IMG/VR virus record: IMGVR_UViG_3300017991_000052
Length of the DNA: 64,000 bases
Reading direction: 5' to 3' (one strand)
Source: a virus
Shown: positions 37,335 to 48,029 of the stretch, piece by piece
How the letters are laid out: each line of letters starts with the position of its first letter
How positions within the stretch are numbered: position 1 is the first letter of the stretch
Notes under the pieces: model-generated
Told to the model about the DNA's origin: nothing
Database searches by the model: none
The model's input: only the letters and a program-made list of their open reading frames with translations
Made by a program: the position numbers and the translations under genes

Positions 37335-38712
37335 TATTTTTCGGGAATTATTACTTTCAAGTCTTTCAAGTGTTTTTTCTAAAGTAACGTCATCAACAAA
37401 TTATAAAGTTATGACGGCTATTGCTAGTAGTGTAGATGATGCTCAAACTCAAATTGATAATATGAGTGAAGCATCCTCGATTAATCAAGCAACATCTGCA
37501 GATTTAGATCTTCATGGATATACATTAGATGTACAAAGAATTATTGGTGAAAATGATGCAACCTATAGACAAAGAATTTTAGCTTCATATGATAGACCAT
37601 ATGTAACAAAACCAAATCTTAAAGAATTAACTCAACAATATAGCGAAAGCGATATTAGAGTTGAAGAATATATATTAGATAGATGGTGGCTTGGTGGTAA
37701 TCCATGGCCACAACCAGTTACTGAATATTTACCAGCATTAACTGATACAGTTACTCAGACATCAAGCGGAATATTAACACGTACAATGCCTGAAGGATGG
37801 TTAGCAGCAGACACAGCGCGCACTGGTACTAATTATACTTCTGGTAGCACATGGACTAATAATGCCTCAGGAGCCGAACTCACCCTGACAACTCCTGTGT
37901 CAGCTGGAACTATATTACGAATCACATATACTCCAAATACAAGTCCATCTGGAGATGACATTGATTGGGTCCCCCATGGATATCTTGGTGATGACACAAT
38001 AATACATCATCGTTTAGTATCGAATAATTATGGGGAAATCGAATCAATACCATCAGAAATAAGTATACAGACAAATATGCTTCCAGGATATCAGGTATAT
38101 TCTATGTATAATGATATAGAAACTGGAATTGTTTATAGTTGGATATCAGTAGTAGATGGAAATAAACGAATAACATTAAAAGAAGAAAATAGAACTGATA
38201 ATTTAGTTAGTGATGAATTTCAAAATGCAACTAGCACAACACAAGTACAAGTAAATCACGATATTGCAAAAGTAATTGGTGTATGGTTAGCTACAGATCC
38301 AGATCATGAAGGAATAAACTACGCTACAGATAATACTTTTGATGGAAGAACTATTTATTTAAATACAGAATTACCAAGTAAAACTGGATTAATTGTTAAT
38401 TATCATCGATATTCAATTACAGATTATCAAAGACTTGATTTTGAAAAATTTGTAAAAACCGGAGAAGATGATTTGAGATTTACACTTGAATTACAAATGT
38501 CTTCTAGCTTTATTAAATGGGGAACTTTTAAATATAGACAAAAAAGATGGGGAGAATTAATAAATGAAGTTGCTGGGACAGTAGGGGAACTTCTTAATAT
38601 TGCAAAAGCTGCTGGCGTAAAAACAAAAGCAATATTGATTACAGCTGGCGCAATTTATGGAAGACCAGAATCGATATACGCACAAGTATATTATGGTGGT
38701 TCATATTACTAA
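37324..38712 (+). CDS. Baseplate wedge protein (P2 gpI-like) with inserted domains
   Basis: LDLHG....R..GEND..YRQRI and KAAGVK motifs. Confidence 0.75.
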   Translation: MSLNIFRELLLSSLSSVFSKVTSSTNYKVMTAIASSVDDAQTQIDNMSEASSINQATSADLDLHGYTLDVQRIIGENDATYRQRILASYDRPYVTKPNLKELTQQYSESDIRVEEYILDRWWLGGNPWPQPVTEYLPALTDTVTQTSSGILTRTMPEGWLAADTARTGTNYTSGSTWTNNASGAELTLTTPVSAGTILRITYTPNTSPSGDDIDWVPHGYLGDDTIIHHRLVSNNYGEIESIPSEISIQTNMLPGYQVYSMYNDIETGIVYSWISVVDGNKRITLKEENRTDNLVSDEFQNATSTTQVQVNHDIAKVIGVWLATDPDHEGINYATDNTFDGRTIYLNTELPSKTGLIVNYHRYSITDYQRLDFEKFVKTGEDDLRFTLELQMSSSFIKWGTFKYRQKRWGELINEVAGTVGELLNIAKAAGVKTKAILITAGAIYGRPESIYAQVYYGGSYY

Positions 38713-38726
38713 GTTGGAGGAAAACA

Positions 38727-39353
38727 ATGGATAAGACTAAATTTTATGATCAAATGCATGTTGCTGCAGAAGACATGGAACAAATATATTTAGATACAGA
38801 AGCTTTTATGGTGCAGCATATAAGAGACTTTCATACAAATAAAACACAATTTATACTTGGAAGTACTGCATATGGATCTAATTCATTGAAAGTTTCTTCA
38901 ACTTCTATTCCATCTTTAACTGTTGAAATTTCTGGTGGAGTTGCTTATGATAGTTATAAACGCCTTGAAGTAACATCAACAGAAGATTTTGTAATTACGA
39001 ACCCTCCTCCAACATCTGGTGGTGGATTAATTATTACAAGAATTGATCTACTTTATATTAAAAGAATTACGACAGATGCATATCCATTTACTATTGATTT
39101 AATTGATTATAATAGAAATATTTATCAAGATACAAAAGATACAAGAAGCGTTGATTCATATCAAATTGAACAATTGCAAGGAACATATAATATAGCTGGT
39201 GGAGTAAAACCCGCAGTTCCTGATGATGTAATTCCTCTCGCATGGATTCATTTGAGAGATAATACAAATAAAATTTATAACTATGATACGGGAAGTCTTG
39301 ACGAGGGGTATATCGAAGACGCCCGTACAGTTGTATATGCAAATACAATATAA
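38727..39353 (+). CDS. Tail fibre attachment/baseplate protein
   Basis: SLTVEISGG.AYD, RIDLLY, P.VP...IPLA and IEDAR motifs. Confidence 0.65.
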   Translation: MDKTKFYDQMHVAAEDMEQIYLDTEAFMVQHIRDFHTNKTQFILGSTAYGSNSLKVSSTSIPSLTVEISGGVAYDSYKRLEVTSTEDFVITNPPPTSGGGLIITRIDLLYIKRITTDAYPFTIDLIDYNRNIYQDTKDTRSVDSYQIEQLQGTYNIAGGVKPAVPDDVIPLAWIHLRDNTNKIYNYDTGSLDEGYIEDARTVVYANTI

Positions 39354-39365
39354 GGAGAATGAATA

Positions 39366-40625
39366 ATGTCAACACGTTATCCTGACAACTATGACAGTTA
39401 TACAGATAAGCAAGACAATATAAGTGATGCAAGAGCGCAAGATGTAAATGATTTACAAGATGCTATAATGGCAATCCAAGAGGAACTTGGAACTAATGTT
39501 GCTGGAAGGAATCAACCTTCTGGGTGGACACTTGCATCTAGATTGGATCGTTTTATTAATGATAACGGGACATTAAAAGCTACAGTGTTGACTTCATCTG
39601 ATATACCCTCTGGATCAATTTCAAATACAAAAATTTTCCATGAAGATACTTTTGATTTTAAACAAATAAATGTTGGACAACATTCTGATGGAATAACTTA
39701 TGGATATTCTGGTAGTGGACCTGGCCCAGATGCCGGTGTAACAATAGATGAAGATGGTAATATATGGTGTGATGGAAATATAACAGTAAAAGGTGGACAA
39801 GCAATTCAAGCATCTGAAACAATTACAACAAATCTTAATGTACATGGTAATTCATATTTAGGTGATCAATCAACAGATATTACAGAAATTCATGGGACAT
39901 TACGACCAGCTGTAACTTCACAATATAATATTGGATCTTCAACAAAAAGATGGAAATCTGCTTATATTGATATAATATTGGGGCAATCAACTGGTGGAGA
40001 AACTTTAACTGTTGGAACTTCGGGGGTATTTGATAATACAATAGCAATTAAATCATCAACAGATTCTTCTTCTGGTGATGCTCTTGGATTTATTGGTATA
40101 AAAAATCAAGATCTAATATTTCAATCTGGTACGGGAAAAAATTTAAGATTACAACCTTATGAAGGGATTACATACCTTGATGGAGTTGCAACACTTACAA
40201 ATCCCAATACAGGAATGATTGTTAATAGTAATATTGTTTTTAATGATGGGTCTTCAAAAATAACAGCAAAATATGATGATATAGATACATATAATTTTTA
40301 TATAAAATATCCATATGTACAAGAAAATATTCAACAACAATTTATAGCAAGCCCAGGAACAGTAATTTCAACTTCAGCAAAGACTGATGTAGCAGCTTCT
40401 GGGAATAATTTAATTGTTGATGTTACTATAAATAATGATAGATTAAATGAAATAGGGGATTTATATACTTTTCCAGATATTACAAATGCAGTTACGACAA
40501 AAACAGATTTTGTTTCTGGGGATTCAGTAGTTTTGAATGATGCTCTTGGAATTTCAATTATACAAACTGGTTCAATAGTTTCTGGACAAGATTTAAAAAT
40601 TGGAGTTAAGGTAAGGAAAATATAA
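39366..40625 (+). CDS. Fibre protein
   Basis: YP..YD..A.DVN.LQDAI.AI..ELG N-terminus; YNIGSSTKRWKS motif; C-terminal domain shared with 61904. Confidence 0.7.
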   Translation: MSTRYPDNYDSYTDKQDNISDARAQDVNDLQDAIMAIQEELGTNVAGRNQPSGWTLASRLDRFINDNGTLKATVLTSSDIPSGSISNTKIFHEDTFDFKQINVGQHSDGITYGYSGSGPGPDAGVTIDEDGNIWCDGNITVKGGQAIQASETITTNLNVHGNSYLGDQSTDITEIHGTLRPAVTSQYNIGSSTKRWKSAYIDIILGQSTGGETLTVGTSGVFDNTIAIKSSTDSSSGDALGFIGIKNQDLIFQSGTGKNLRLQPYEGITYLDGVATLTNPNTGMIVNSNIVFNDGSSKITAKYDDIDTYNFYIKYPYVQENIQQQFIASPGTVISTSAKTDVAASGNNLIVDVTINNDRLNEIGDLYTFPDITNAVTTKTDFVSGDSVVLNDALGISIIQTGSIVSGQDLKIGVKVRKI

Positions 40626-41725
40626 TGGGGAATATATATTATTCTGGAGGTTCATCTTTACCTCCTCAATATAGTGAAGGTAGAGATGGGAATATTATTG
40701 TCACTGGAACAAATGTAAATATTGCTGATATTTATAATAATGATAATGTTACTGGTGTTATAACTCATCGCGGTTCTAATAAAGGATTAAATTATTCAAA
40801 TGGAAATCCAACAGGTGAAAATGCATATAATCCTCAAGCAAATCAATTTGAAAATAGAGGATTAAATATTCCTAACTGTCTTAATTTCACTATAAACTCT
40901 GGTGCTTCTTTAATAGCTTCATCATGGAATGGTACAGATAATCGAAAAGGTGTAATATGGATTGCTGCTATACAACAAATTTATATTGCAGGAACAATTA
41001 ATGTTGATCAATTAGCAGTTGCTGGAGCATCTTCTCCTTGTTATCAACAGCAAGGGCTTACTGGAGCTGGAGTTGGTTATGGTGGAGGAGGTTTTAGTGG
41101 AGGTCCTGGTTATGGTGGTCCAACAGGAGGAACTGCTGGCGCGTCATATGGAGATACTCAAATAAGTACAATTACTTGGGAAAATATATATGGTTCATCT
41201 GGTGGAAGTGGCGGAGCTACACACGCTGGATTTTGTGGAGGATTCCCATTTGGTGGCGGTGGTGGACATTATTCTGGGCACGGTGGTGGCGGTGGTTTTA
41301 GAAGTACAGGACGTGAAGGATACACAAGTTCGGGTACAAATACTTCAACGGATTGTTTTTGGGGTTCTCATGGCGGTGCTGGCGGAGGAGCAGTTAGATT
41401 ATATGCAGCTTCTTTAATAATTGATGATTCCACAGGATTAATAACAAGTGATGGAACTTTTGGTGGAAGCGGAACAGGTCAATTACAGGGTGATTATGCT
41501 TCGGGTGGAGCTGGTGGAGGAGGTAGTGGAGGTTCAATTTATATTGAAACAGTTTTAGGTGCAAATATAGGTACAGATAAAATTAGAGCAAGGGGTGGGA
41601 CTGGTGGAGGATGTTGGAATTTAAGTCCTACACGTTATTCAAATGCTGGTGGTTATGGTAGTGAAGGAAGAGTTCACATAGAAGGTGGATATACGGGTTC
41701 AACAAGTTTTAACCCAATAGAATAA
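40625..41725 (+). CDS. Glycine-rich adhesin-like protein, paralog 1
   Basis: Polyglycine motifs GGAGGGAVRL, GGGGSGGSIYI and GSEGRVHIEG. Confidence 0.7.
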   Translation: MGNIYYSGGSSLPPQYSEGRDGNIIVTGTNVNIADIYNNDNVTGVITHRGSNKGLNYSNGNPTGENAYNPQANQFENRGLNIPNCLNFTINSGASLIASSWNGTDNRKGVIWIAAIQQIYIAGTINVDQLAVAGASSPCYQQQGLTGAGVGYGGGGFSGGPGYGGPTGGTAGASYGDTQISTITWENIYGSSGGSGGATHAGFCGGFPFGGGGGHYSGHGGGGGFRSTGREGYTSSGTNTSTDCFWGSHGGAGGGAVRLYAASLIIDDSTGLITSDGTFGGSGTGQLQGDYASGGAGGGGSGGSIYIETVLGANIGTDKIRARGGTGGGCWNLSPTRYSNAGGYGSEGRVHIEGGYTGSTSFNPIE

Positions 41726-41735
41726 AAGGAAATTT

Positions 41736-41996
41736 ATGGGAAATACTATAATATATAAATATAATTTAACAGATAAAATAAATAATAATGAATTAACTTT
41801 AACTTCTGCAACAAGTGGGACTAAAGAAGAATTTTTACAAAATCCATTGACTATTGAAGAAAAAGAAGAATTAGAAATTATATTAAAAACGGTTAATAAT
41901 AATTATGATTTATTAGGATATAAAGAAGTTAACGGGAAAAGACATGTAATAATTATATATCTGGATTGTCCAGAATGTCATACACCTAGTGATTAA
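41736..41996 (+). CDS. Hypothetical protein
   Basis: AAGGA SD; 86 aa. Confidence 0.6.
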   Translation: MGNTIIYKYNLTDKINNNELTLTSATSGTKEEFLQNPLTIEEKEELEIILKTVNNNYDLLGYKEVNGKRHVIIIYLDCPECHTPSD

Positions 41997-42026
41997 TTTT
42001 GTTAATAACATTAAAGGAGAATAAGA

Positions 42027-45000
42027 ATGACAGGCCTAAACATATATCCAAGTGATTACGATACATGGTCAACAAAAGTTGATAATGTCAATCGTATTTT
42101 TGCTGATCATGTAAATAAATTACAAGATGTAGTAGAAGCGATTGAATATGAACTTGGACTTGGCCCAAAAGGTGCTACATCAAATGTAGCTGCAAGATTA
42201 GATACATCTCATGATATATATGGTAATAATGTAGATAGATTTTATAATAATTCTGGAAGAACATTAAATATCGGGGAAGTTGTTGTTGCAGATAAAACTC
42301 AAGCACAATCTATAACTGTTAGTGGAGCTTTATATAATGAAGAAGTTATTGGAGTTGTAACTGAAGCGACTGCAGCTGGATTATTAACACCTATTGCGAC
42401 ATTGGGTAATGTTGGAACTTATGTTACTGCTGAAACTGGGGACATTAGTCCTGGGGATTGGTTAACAACTGCTTCTACTCCTGGATATGCAACTAAAGCT
42501 CTTGCTGATACTCAAGTATTTTTAGGAAAAGCTAATACAACTATTTCAGCTGGCACTTCTGGAATATATTCAATATTTGTAAGAGTTGGTGCTAGTGGAT
42601 TACCAGAACATACCCATAGTGGAATTACTGGGTCTGGTGGGTTATTAGGTGATAATGTTGTTGATAATAGAATATTAGATAATACAGATGATTATACAGT
42701 TCATAGTTTAACTGTTTCTGGAGATCTAATTGTTAGTAATTTAGGTGGAGATACTCTTAATATAACTGGAAATTCATATTTAGGAAATGATGCTTCTGAT
42801 TTAACTCAAATATCTGGTAATCTTTATATTGCTGAAAATACTGGTATTCCAGTATCAAATGGAGCTATTTATTTGGGACGTGCTGGTGGTTGGACATATT
42901 ACTTAAGATATAATTCTGCAGAAGGAAGATTTGAATTAAATGCTCCTCTTTATATTGGAGGACTTTTTAGTGCAGATTATTTACAATCTTATAATGATGC
43001 TATTATTTGGGGAAATACTTCTGTAAATACAATTTCTACTTCTGGTAATGCTGAATTTGGAAATGATGTTGTAATACATGGGGATCTTTATGTAGAAGGT
43101 ACAGAATATGTAACAGAAACAGAAGTTTTAACTGGAGATCAAGTTATTACTGGTTCTTTATATGTTTCTGGTAATACATATTTAGGAAGTGATTCTACAG
43201 ATACTGTTTATGTGTCAGGAGATTTAGCTGCTGCTGGAACAATATCTGCTTCAGCATTAAATATTGCAGACAATTCAATTTTTCAAAGTGATTTAACTAT
43301 TGAAGGTGATTTATATGTAAATGGTACGGAATACATTACTAATACTGAGATTATTTCTGGGGATCAAATAATTGGTGATGAATTATGGGTTAAAGGAAAC
43401 TCATATTTAGGAAATGAATTAACTGATACAACTTTTGTATCTGGAGACTTATATGTTGGTGGAATAGTTCATGGATCAAGTCCATTAAAAATTGGTGATG
43501 ATTTGAACATGAATAGTAATAAGATTGCAAGTTTAGGAGAACCAAATGATAATTCAGATGCAACAACTAAAAATTATGTAGATACTCTTGTTGCGGCAAC
43601 TTCAGGACAAGGTGGAGGTGGAGGAGCCTCACTTATTACTGGAGTATTAGGTGAAACAATAGATATTGGGCAACCTGCATATCAAGCAGAATCTGATAGT
43701 AAATGGTATTTAGCTCAAGCTATTGATGGAAAATTAACAAGTTTATCTATTTGTCAAGCCGGTGGAAATGCTGATGATACTGGAACATTTATGAGATATG
43801 GTGAAATTACTTCTGCAACATCAGTTACTTCTGGTAAAGAATTATATGTTTCACAAGATACTCCAGGAGAATTAATTGATGTAGTTCCTGAAACTGGTAT
43901 TATATCATTTATTGGAGTAGGTAAAGAAAACGATAAAATAGATGTTGCAATTGGATTAACATCATATACTATTAATAGTACTGGCGGTGGAGGTACTGGA
44001 ACTGGAATATTAACAGGAACTCTTGGAGAAGCAGCTAGTGCTGGTCAACCAGTATATCAACAAGAATCTGACGGAAAATGGTATCTTGCTCAAGCTGTTG
44101 AAAATATGGTATCATCATTATCTATAGTAAAAGTTGGTGGCGGATCTGGAGCAACTGCAAGTCTTGTGAGATATGCAGAAGTTACTGGATTAGATAATTA
44201 TCCATCAAATAAAGAATTATATCTTTCTCAAGATTCACCTGGGGTTTTAACTGATACAGTTCCAGCTTGTGGAATTAAAATATATACAGGTATTACACGC
44301 GGCCCTGATACAATGGATGTTGTTATTGGAGTTATTGGCGGATCTATTAGTGGTGGATCTGGTGGTACAGGGACTGGGGTTACTGAAGGTGAACTTGGTG
44401 AAACTGTAGCAAAAGGACAACCTGTTTATCAAAATAGTTTAGACGGTAAGTGGTATCTTGCACAAGGTGTTAGCGGAAAAATATCTTCATTATCTGTATG
44501 TATTTTAGGCGGAAGTTCAGGAGCAACAGGACAATTTATTAGATATGGAGAAATTACTGGACTCACTGGATTACCTGATAGTAATGAAATATATTTATCG
44601 CAAGAAAATGCTGGTGAATTTGTTGAAACTGCATCTCCATCTGGAGTTGTTGCTTATATTGGTGTAAGTAGGGGTACAACCGAACTTGATGTTGCAATTG
44701 GAATTACTTCTTATGCTTCTAGTGCTTCTGGGAATGTTGAAGTACAAGGACAAATTTATTCACCATCTGTAGATCATGGAGATGTTAGTGGAGCATTTGA
44801 TCTTAATTGGAATGATGGAAATGTTCATACAATTTCTTTAACTGATAATGCTACAGGTAATTTAATACATGCATTTAATGGTGCAAGTTATGTACTTACT
44901 GTAACTCAAGGAACATCTGGGAATAATCTTAATTTTGTTCAAGCAATTAAATGGCCTGGTGGAGAAACATATGTACCAACAACAACTCAAGGAAGTGTTG

Positions 45001-45065
45001 ATGTTCTGAATTTTATTTATGCAAATAGTACTTATTATGGTGCTTATATGCAGGATATGTCATGA
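42027..45065 (+). CDS. Large modular fibre protein (1012 aa)
   Basis: Shared N-terminus with 39366, GTEY shaft repeats, triple ~115-aa repeat, C-terminal W.GG..P.T....DV..F domain. Confidence 0.75.
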   Translation: MTGLNIYPSDYDTWSTKVDNVNRIFADHVNKLQDVVEAIEYELGLGPKGATSNVAARLDTSHDIYGNNVDRFYNNSGRTLNIGEVVVADKTQAQSITVSGALYNEEVIGVVTEATAAGLLTPIATLGNVGTYVTAETGDISPGDWLTTASTPGYATKALADTQVFLGKANTTISAGTSGIYSIFVRVGASGLPEHTHSGITGSGGLLGDNVVDNRILDNTDDYTVHSLTVSGDLIVSNLGGDTLNITGNSYLGNDASDLTQISGNLYIAENTGIPVSNGAIYLGRAGGWTYYLRYNSAEGRFELNAPLYIGGLFSADYLQSYNDAIIWGNTSVNTISTSGNAEFGNDVVIHGDLYVEGTEYVTETEVLTGDQVITGSLYVSGNTYLGSDSTDTVYVSGDLAAAGTISASALNIADNSIFQSDLTIEGDLYVNGTEYITNTEIISGDQIIGDELWVKGNSYLGNELTDTTFVSGDLYVGGIVHGSSPLKIGDDLNMNSNKIASLGEPNDNSDATTKNYVDTLVAATSGQGGGGGASLITGVLGETIDIGQPAYQAESDSKWYLAQAIDGKLTSLSICQAGGNADDTGTFMRYGEITSATSVTSGKELYVSQDTPGELIDVVPETGIISFIGVGKENDKIDVAIGLTSYTINSTGGGGTGTGILTGTLGEAASAGQPVYQQESDGKWYLAQAVENMVSSLSIVKVGGGSGATASLVRYAEVTGLDNYPSNKELYLSQDSPGVLTDTVPACGIKIYTGITRGPDTMDVVIGVIGGSISGGSGGTGTGVTEGELGETVAKGQPVYQNSLDGKWYLAQGVSGKISSLSVCILGGSSGATGQFIRYGEITGLTGLPDSNEIYLSQENAGEFVETASPSGVVAYIGVSRGTTELDVAIGITSYASSASGNVEVQGQIYSPSVDHGDVSGAFDLNWNDGNVHTISLTDNATGNLIHAFNGASYVLTVTQGTSGNNLNFVQAIKWPGGETYVPTTTQGSVDVLNFIYANSTYYGAYMQDMS

Positions 45066-46048
45066 CAGCCTATTATAATTTAGGAGCATTTTTAGGGTAA
45101 TATTATCCTCCATTTGGTAATGGAAGTGATGGAGAAGTTATTTTAGGGTCTGGATCGGTAACTTTAAAAAGTATTTATGAAGATGATGATGTATCTGGAG
45201 TTACTACTTGGAGAGGTACAGATAAAGGATTAAATCACGGAACAGATTCTTATTTACCATATAGAAATAAAACATTTGGTAATTGTCGTAATGTTCCCAA
45301 TTTTACTAATTTTACTATAAATAATGGTGCAACTTTAACAATTGATGCTTTAGGAGAAGGGACAGATTTAAATAATGGAGTAGCTTGGTTTTGTTGTACT
45401 GGAACTTGTACAAATAGTGGAGCAATAGATTTAGCAGCAAAAGGATGGATAGGCGCTCCTTGGACATGGGGAGATAGCGAGAACGGAAGAGGTCCAGGTG
45501 GCGGTATAAATGGTAGAGGTGGAAGTAACCCTCCGCCATATGGAGGAACTGGTGGACCAATTTATGGATCTACTAATATTCCTAAAAAACCATGGGAAAA
45601 TTTATTTGGTTCAGGTGCTTCCGCTGGTGGAGGTGCCGTTTATGATGATTCTTGGTATGGTGGTGGCGGAGCTGGAGCGGGTCATAGAAGTGTTGGTGAA
45701 GATGGTTCAGATGGATTAGCAAAAACACCACAAACTGCGGGTCCTTCAAGTGGTATACCAGGAAATGGTGGAGGCGCATTAAGAATATATGCAGTTAATT
45801 TTAATACAGAGAGTGGAACAATTAGTGTAAATGGACAAAATGCAGTAAATGGACATGCTGGTGGCGGTTCAGGTGGAACAGTTTATATAAAAACATTAAA
45901 CGGTAAGTTAGGAACAAATAAAATTACTTCTACAGGTGGAATTGGATTAACTGACTGGGCTAGTTCGGTAGGTGGGGATGGTTCAGAAGGAAGAATTCAT
46001 ATTGATGGACCATATACTGGAAGTACAACTACTCCACCAATTGAATAA
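45062..46048 (+). pseudogene. Glycine-rich adhesin-like paralog 2 with premature TAA at codon 13 (45098-45100)
   Basis: ATGA overlap; frame otherwise open to TAA 46046-46048; collinear with 40625 and 62761 (TTWRGTDKGLN, GGGALRIYA, GSEGRIHIDG, PIE*); missed by ORF track. Confidence 0.85.
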
Positions 46049-46065
46049 AATAAAAAAGGAGAATT

Positions 46066-46878
46066 ATGATGGTTAGAGGAGATGGAGGTCTTATAAATGT
46101 ACCCGTTGGCGGTGTTGGGGGAGAAGCGTTTGACCCATCCCAAACTCTTACGCTAACAAATCCAGGAACAGGATTAGTTGTTGAAGGCGATTCTGTAATG
46201 CAGAGTGCTTTATATGCTGTAGATGAAATAATTTTTGCAGATGGAACTTCAATGACAACTGCTTCTTCTGGTGGCGGCGGAGGAGGGGGAGAAAATCTCT
46301 CTCAAACATTAGCTATTGGTAATTCAGCTGGATCCTATACAATTGATATGAACAGCCAAAAGATAACAAATGTCGCAACACCGACAAATAGTGGAGATGG
46401 CGTAAATATTGATTATGTATTAACACAATCTGAAGCAACTTCAGGGAATGCTTTGGGGCAAGCACAAGCTTATACAGATACAGCTTCAGGGAATCTCGCT
46501 TCTTATATAGATGTAAGAGATCAATGGGTATATGATAATGTCCCAAAAGGAATAACTTGGAATGAAGTTACAGGAACTTCTCAAGGGATGTCAGTAGGAA
46601 ATGGTTATATAGCAAATAATGCATCAAGAGTAACTTTAACATTACCTTCAACTTGTGCAGTTGGAAGTATTGTTGCTTCTATTGGTAAAGGCGCTGGTGG
46701 TTGGAAAATAGCACAAAATTCTGGACAACAAATACATTTCATTAATGTAAGTACAACATCAGGAACAAGTGGATATGTTCAATCAACAAATCAATATGAT
46801 GGTTGTGAAATAATTTGTATTACTGCAAATACTACATTTGCTATTAGAAATTCAGTTGGTACTTTAGAGGTAAATTAA
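46066..46878 (+). CDS. Short fibre protein
   Basis: GNSAGSY.IDMN repeat; GYIAN...TLTLP....G..GGWKIAQN tip domain. Confidence 0.7.
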   Translation: MMVRGDGGLINVPVGGVGGEAFDPSQTLTLTNPGTGLVVEGDSVMQSALYAVDEIIFADGTSMTTASSGGGGGGGENLSQTLAIGNSAGSYTIDMNSQKITNVATPTNSGDGVNIDYVLTQSEATSGNALGQAQAYTDTASGNLASYIDVRDQWVYDNVPKGITWNEVTGTSQGMSVGNGYIANNASRVTLTLPSTCAVGSIVASIGKGAGGWKIAQNSGQQIHFINVSTTSGTSGYVQSTNQYDGCEIICITANTTFAIRNSVGTLEVN

Positions 46879-46880
46879 TT

Positions 46881-47849
46881 ATGGCGATAAAACGTAGTGG
46901 AGATGTTTTACAAATATCTTCATCAGCTAAATCTTCTACAATATCTGCTACAGGACAAATGTATTATGAGACAGATACTCATAAAATAAAATTTGTTATT
47001 GTTGGTGGTGCTGCTGGTTGGACTAGCGGAGGAAATTTAAATAATGCTAGAGGGGCTGGAATTGGTGGTGCAGGGACTTTAAATGAAACATTATCTTTTG
47101 GTGGAGGTACTGGTATTAGTGCTTTTTCTGCTAAAACTGAAGAATATAATGGAGCATCCTGGACAAACAGTAATGATTTATCTACGGCGAAATATTTTGT
47201 TGGTGAGGCAGGTACTCAAAATGCTGGGTTATGTGCAGGTGGAAGTACTGATGTAGGTGTTTATACTGCCGTAACAGAAGAATATGATGGAGCGTCTTGG
47301 TCTGGAGGTGGTGCTCTTAGTACTGCCAGACAAGGAATGGGTGGTTGTGGGACTCAAAATGAAGCATTAACATTTGGTGGTAATAATGGCGGGCATTTAG
47401 CAACTACTGAAGAATACAATGGTGCGTCATGGTCATCTGGAGGAAATTTATTAGATTCAAGAAATAGTACTTCAGGATGTGGAACACAAAATTCAGCACT
47501 TTGTGCTGGTGGATATGATGGTTCTTATAAACCTGTTTCAGAAGAATATAATGGTTCGTCATGGTCAAATGGTGGAACAATGAACACGGGATATGGAATG
47601 CTTGCAACTTTCGGGGTACAGGGTGACGCAATTTCTGCAGGTGGAGATACTGGAAGTCCAAGTTCTAGTTGTGAGAGATATAACGGGACTTCTTGGTCTA
47701 TTATGCAAAGTTTAAATACTGCAAGAAGAGCAGCTGGACCTGGAGGAGTTACTTCTGCAGGATTAACTTTTGGTGGCGGATGGTTATTTGATACTTATTT
47801 AAGTTCTACAGAAGAAATTACTGGGGCTGTAGAGAGGTATATACAATGA
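46881..47849 (+). CDS. Kelch-like beta-propeller protein 1
   Basis: Six WxxGGxLxxAR..GT...GG..TEEYNG repeats. Confidence 0.85.
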   Translation: MAIKRSGDVLQISSSAKSSTISATGQMYYETDTHKIKFVIVGGAAGWTSGGNLNNARGAGIGGAGTLNETLSFGGGTGISAFSAKTEEYNGASWTNSNDLSTAKYFVGEAGTQNAGLCAGGSTDVGVYTAVTEEYDGASWSGGGALSTARQGMGGCGTQNEALTFGGNNGGHLATTEEYNGASWSSGGNLLDSRNSTSGCGTQNSALCAGGYDGSYKPVSEEYNGSSWSNGGTMNTGYGMLATFGVQGDAISAGGDTGSPSSSCERYNGTSWSIMQSLNTARRAAGPGGVTSAGLTFGGGWLFDTYLSSTEEITGAVERYIQ

Positions 47850-48028
47850 TAATACAAAATTCTTCAGCATTTAAAGTTCCAATTATAACATCAACAACTG
47901 CACCAACAACTGGTGAAGAAGTTTCAGGAGCATTTTTAGGATATATGTGGTATGAAACAGACACTGCTAAATTAAAAGCATTTGTTGACGATAATAATGG
48001 AACACCATTAATAAAGGAATTAAATTAA
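47846..48028 (+). CDS. Small protein consisting of the G.MWYETDT.KLK module only
   Basis: Same motif as N-termini of flanking kelch proteins. Confidence 0.65.
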   Translation: MIIQNSSAFKVPIITSTTAPTTGEEVSGAFLGYMWYETDTAKLKAFVDDNNGTPLIKELN

Positions 48029-48029
48029 T

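Noticed and set aside
22461-38712. Extracellular contractile injection system or tailocin
   Set aside because: Portal, protease, MCP and neck genes are in the same operon, so this is a complete phage
45098-45100. Stop-codon reassignment
   Set aside because: TAA, TAG and TGA all terminate normal coupled genes in the window, and this is the only internal stop
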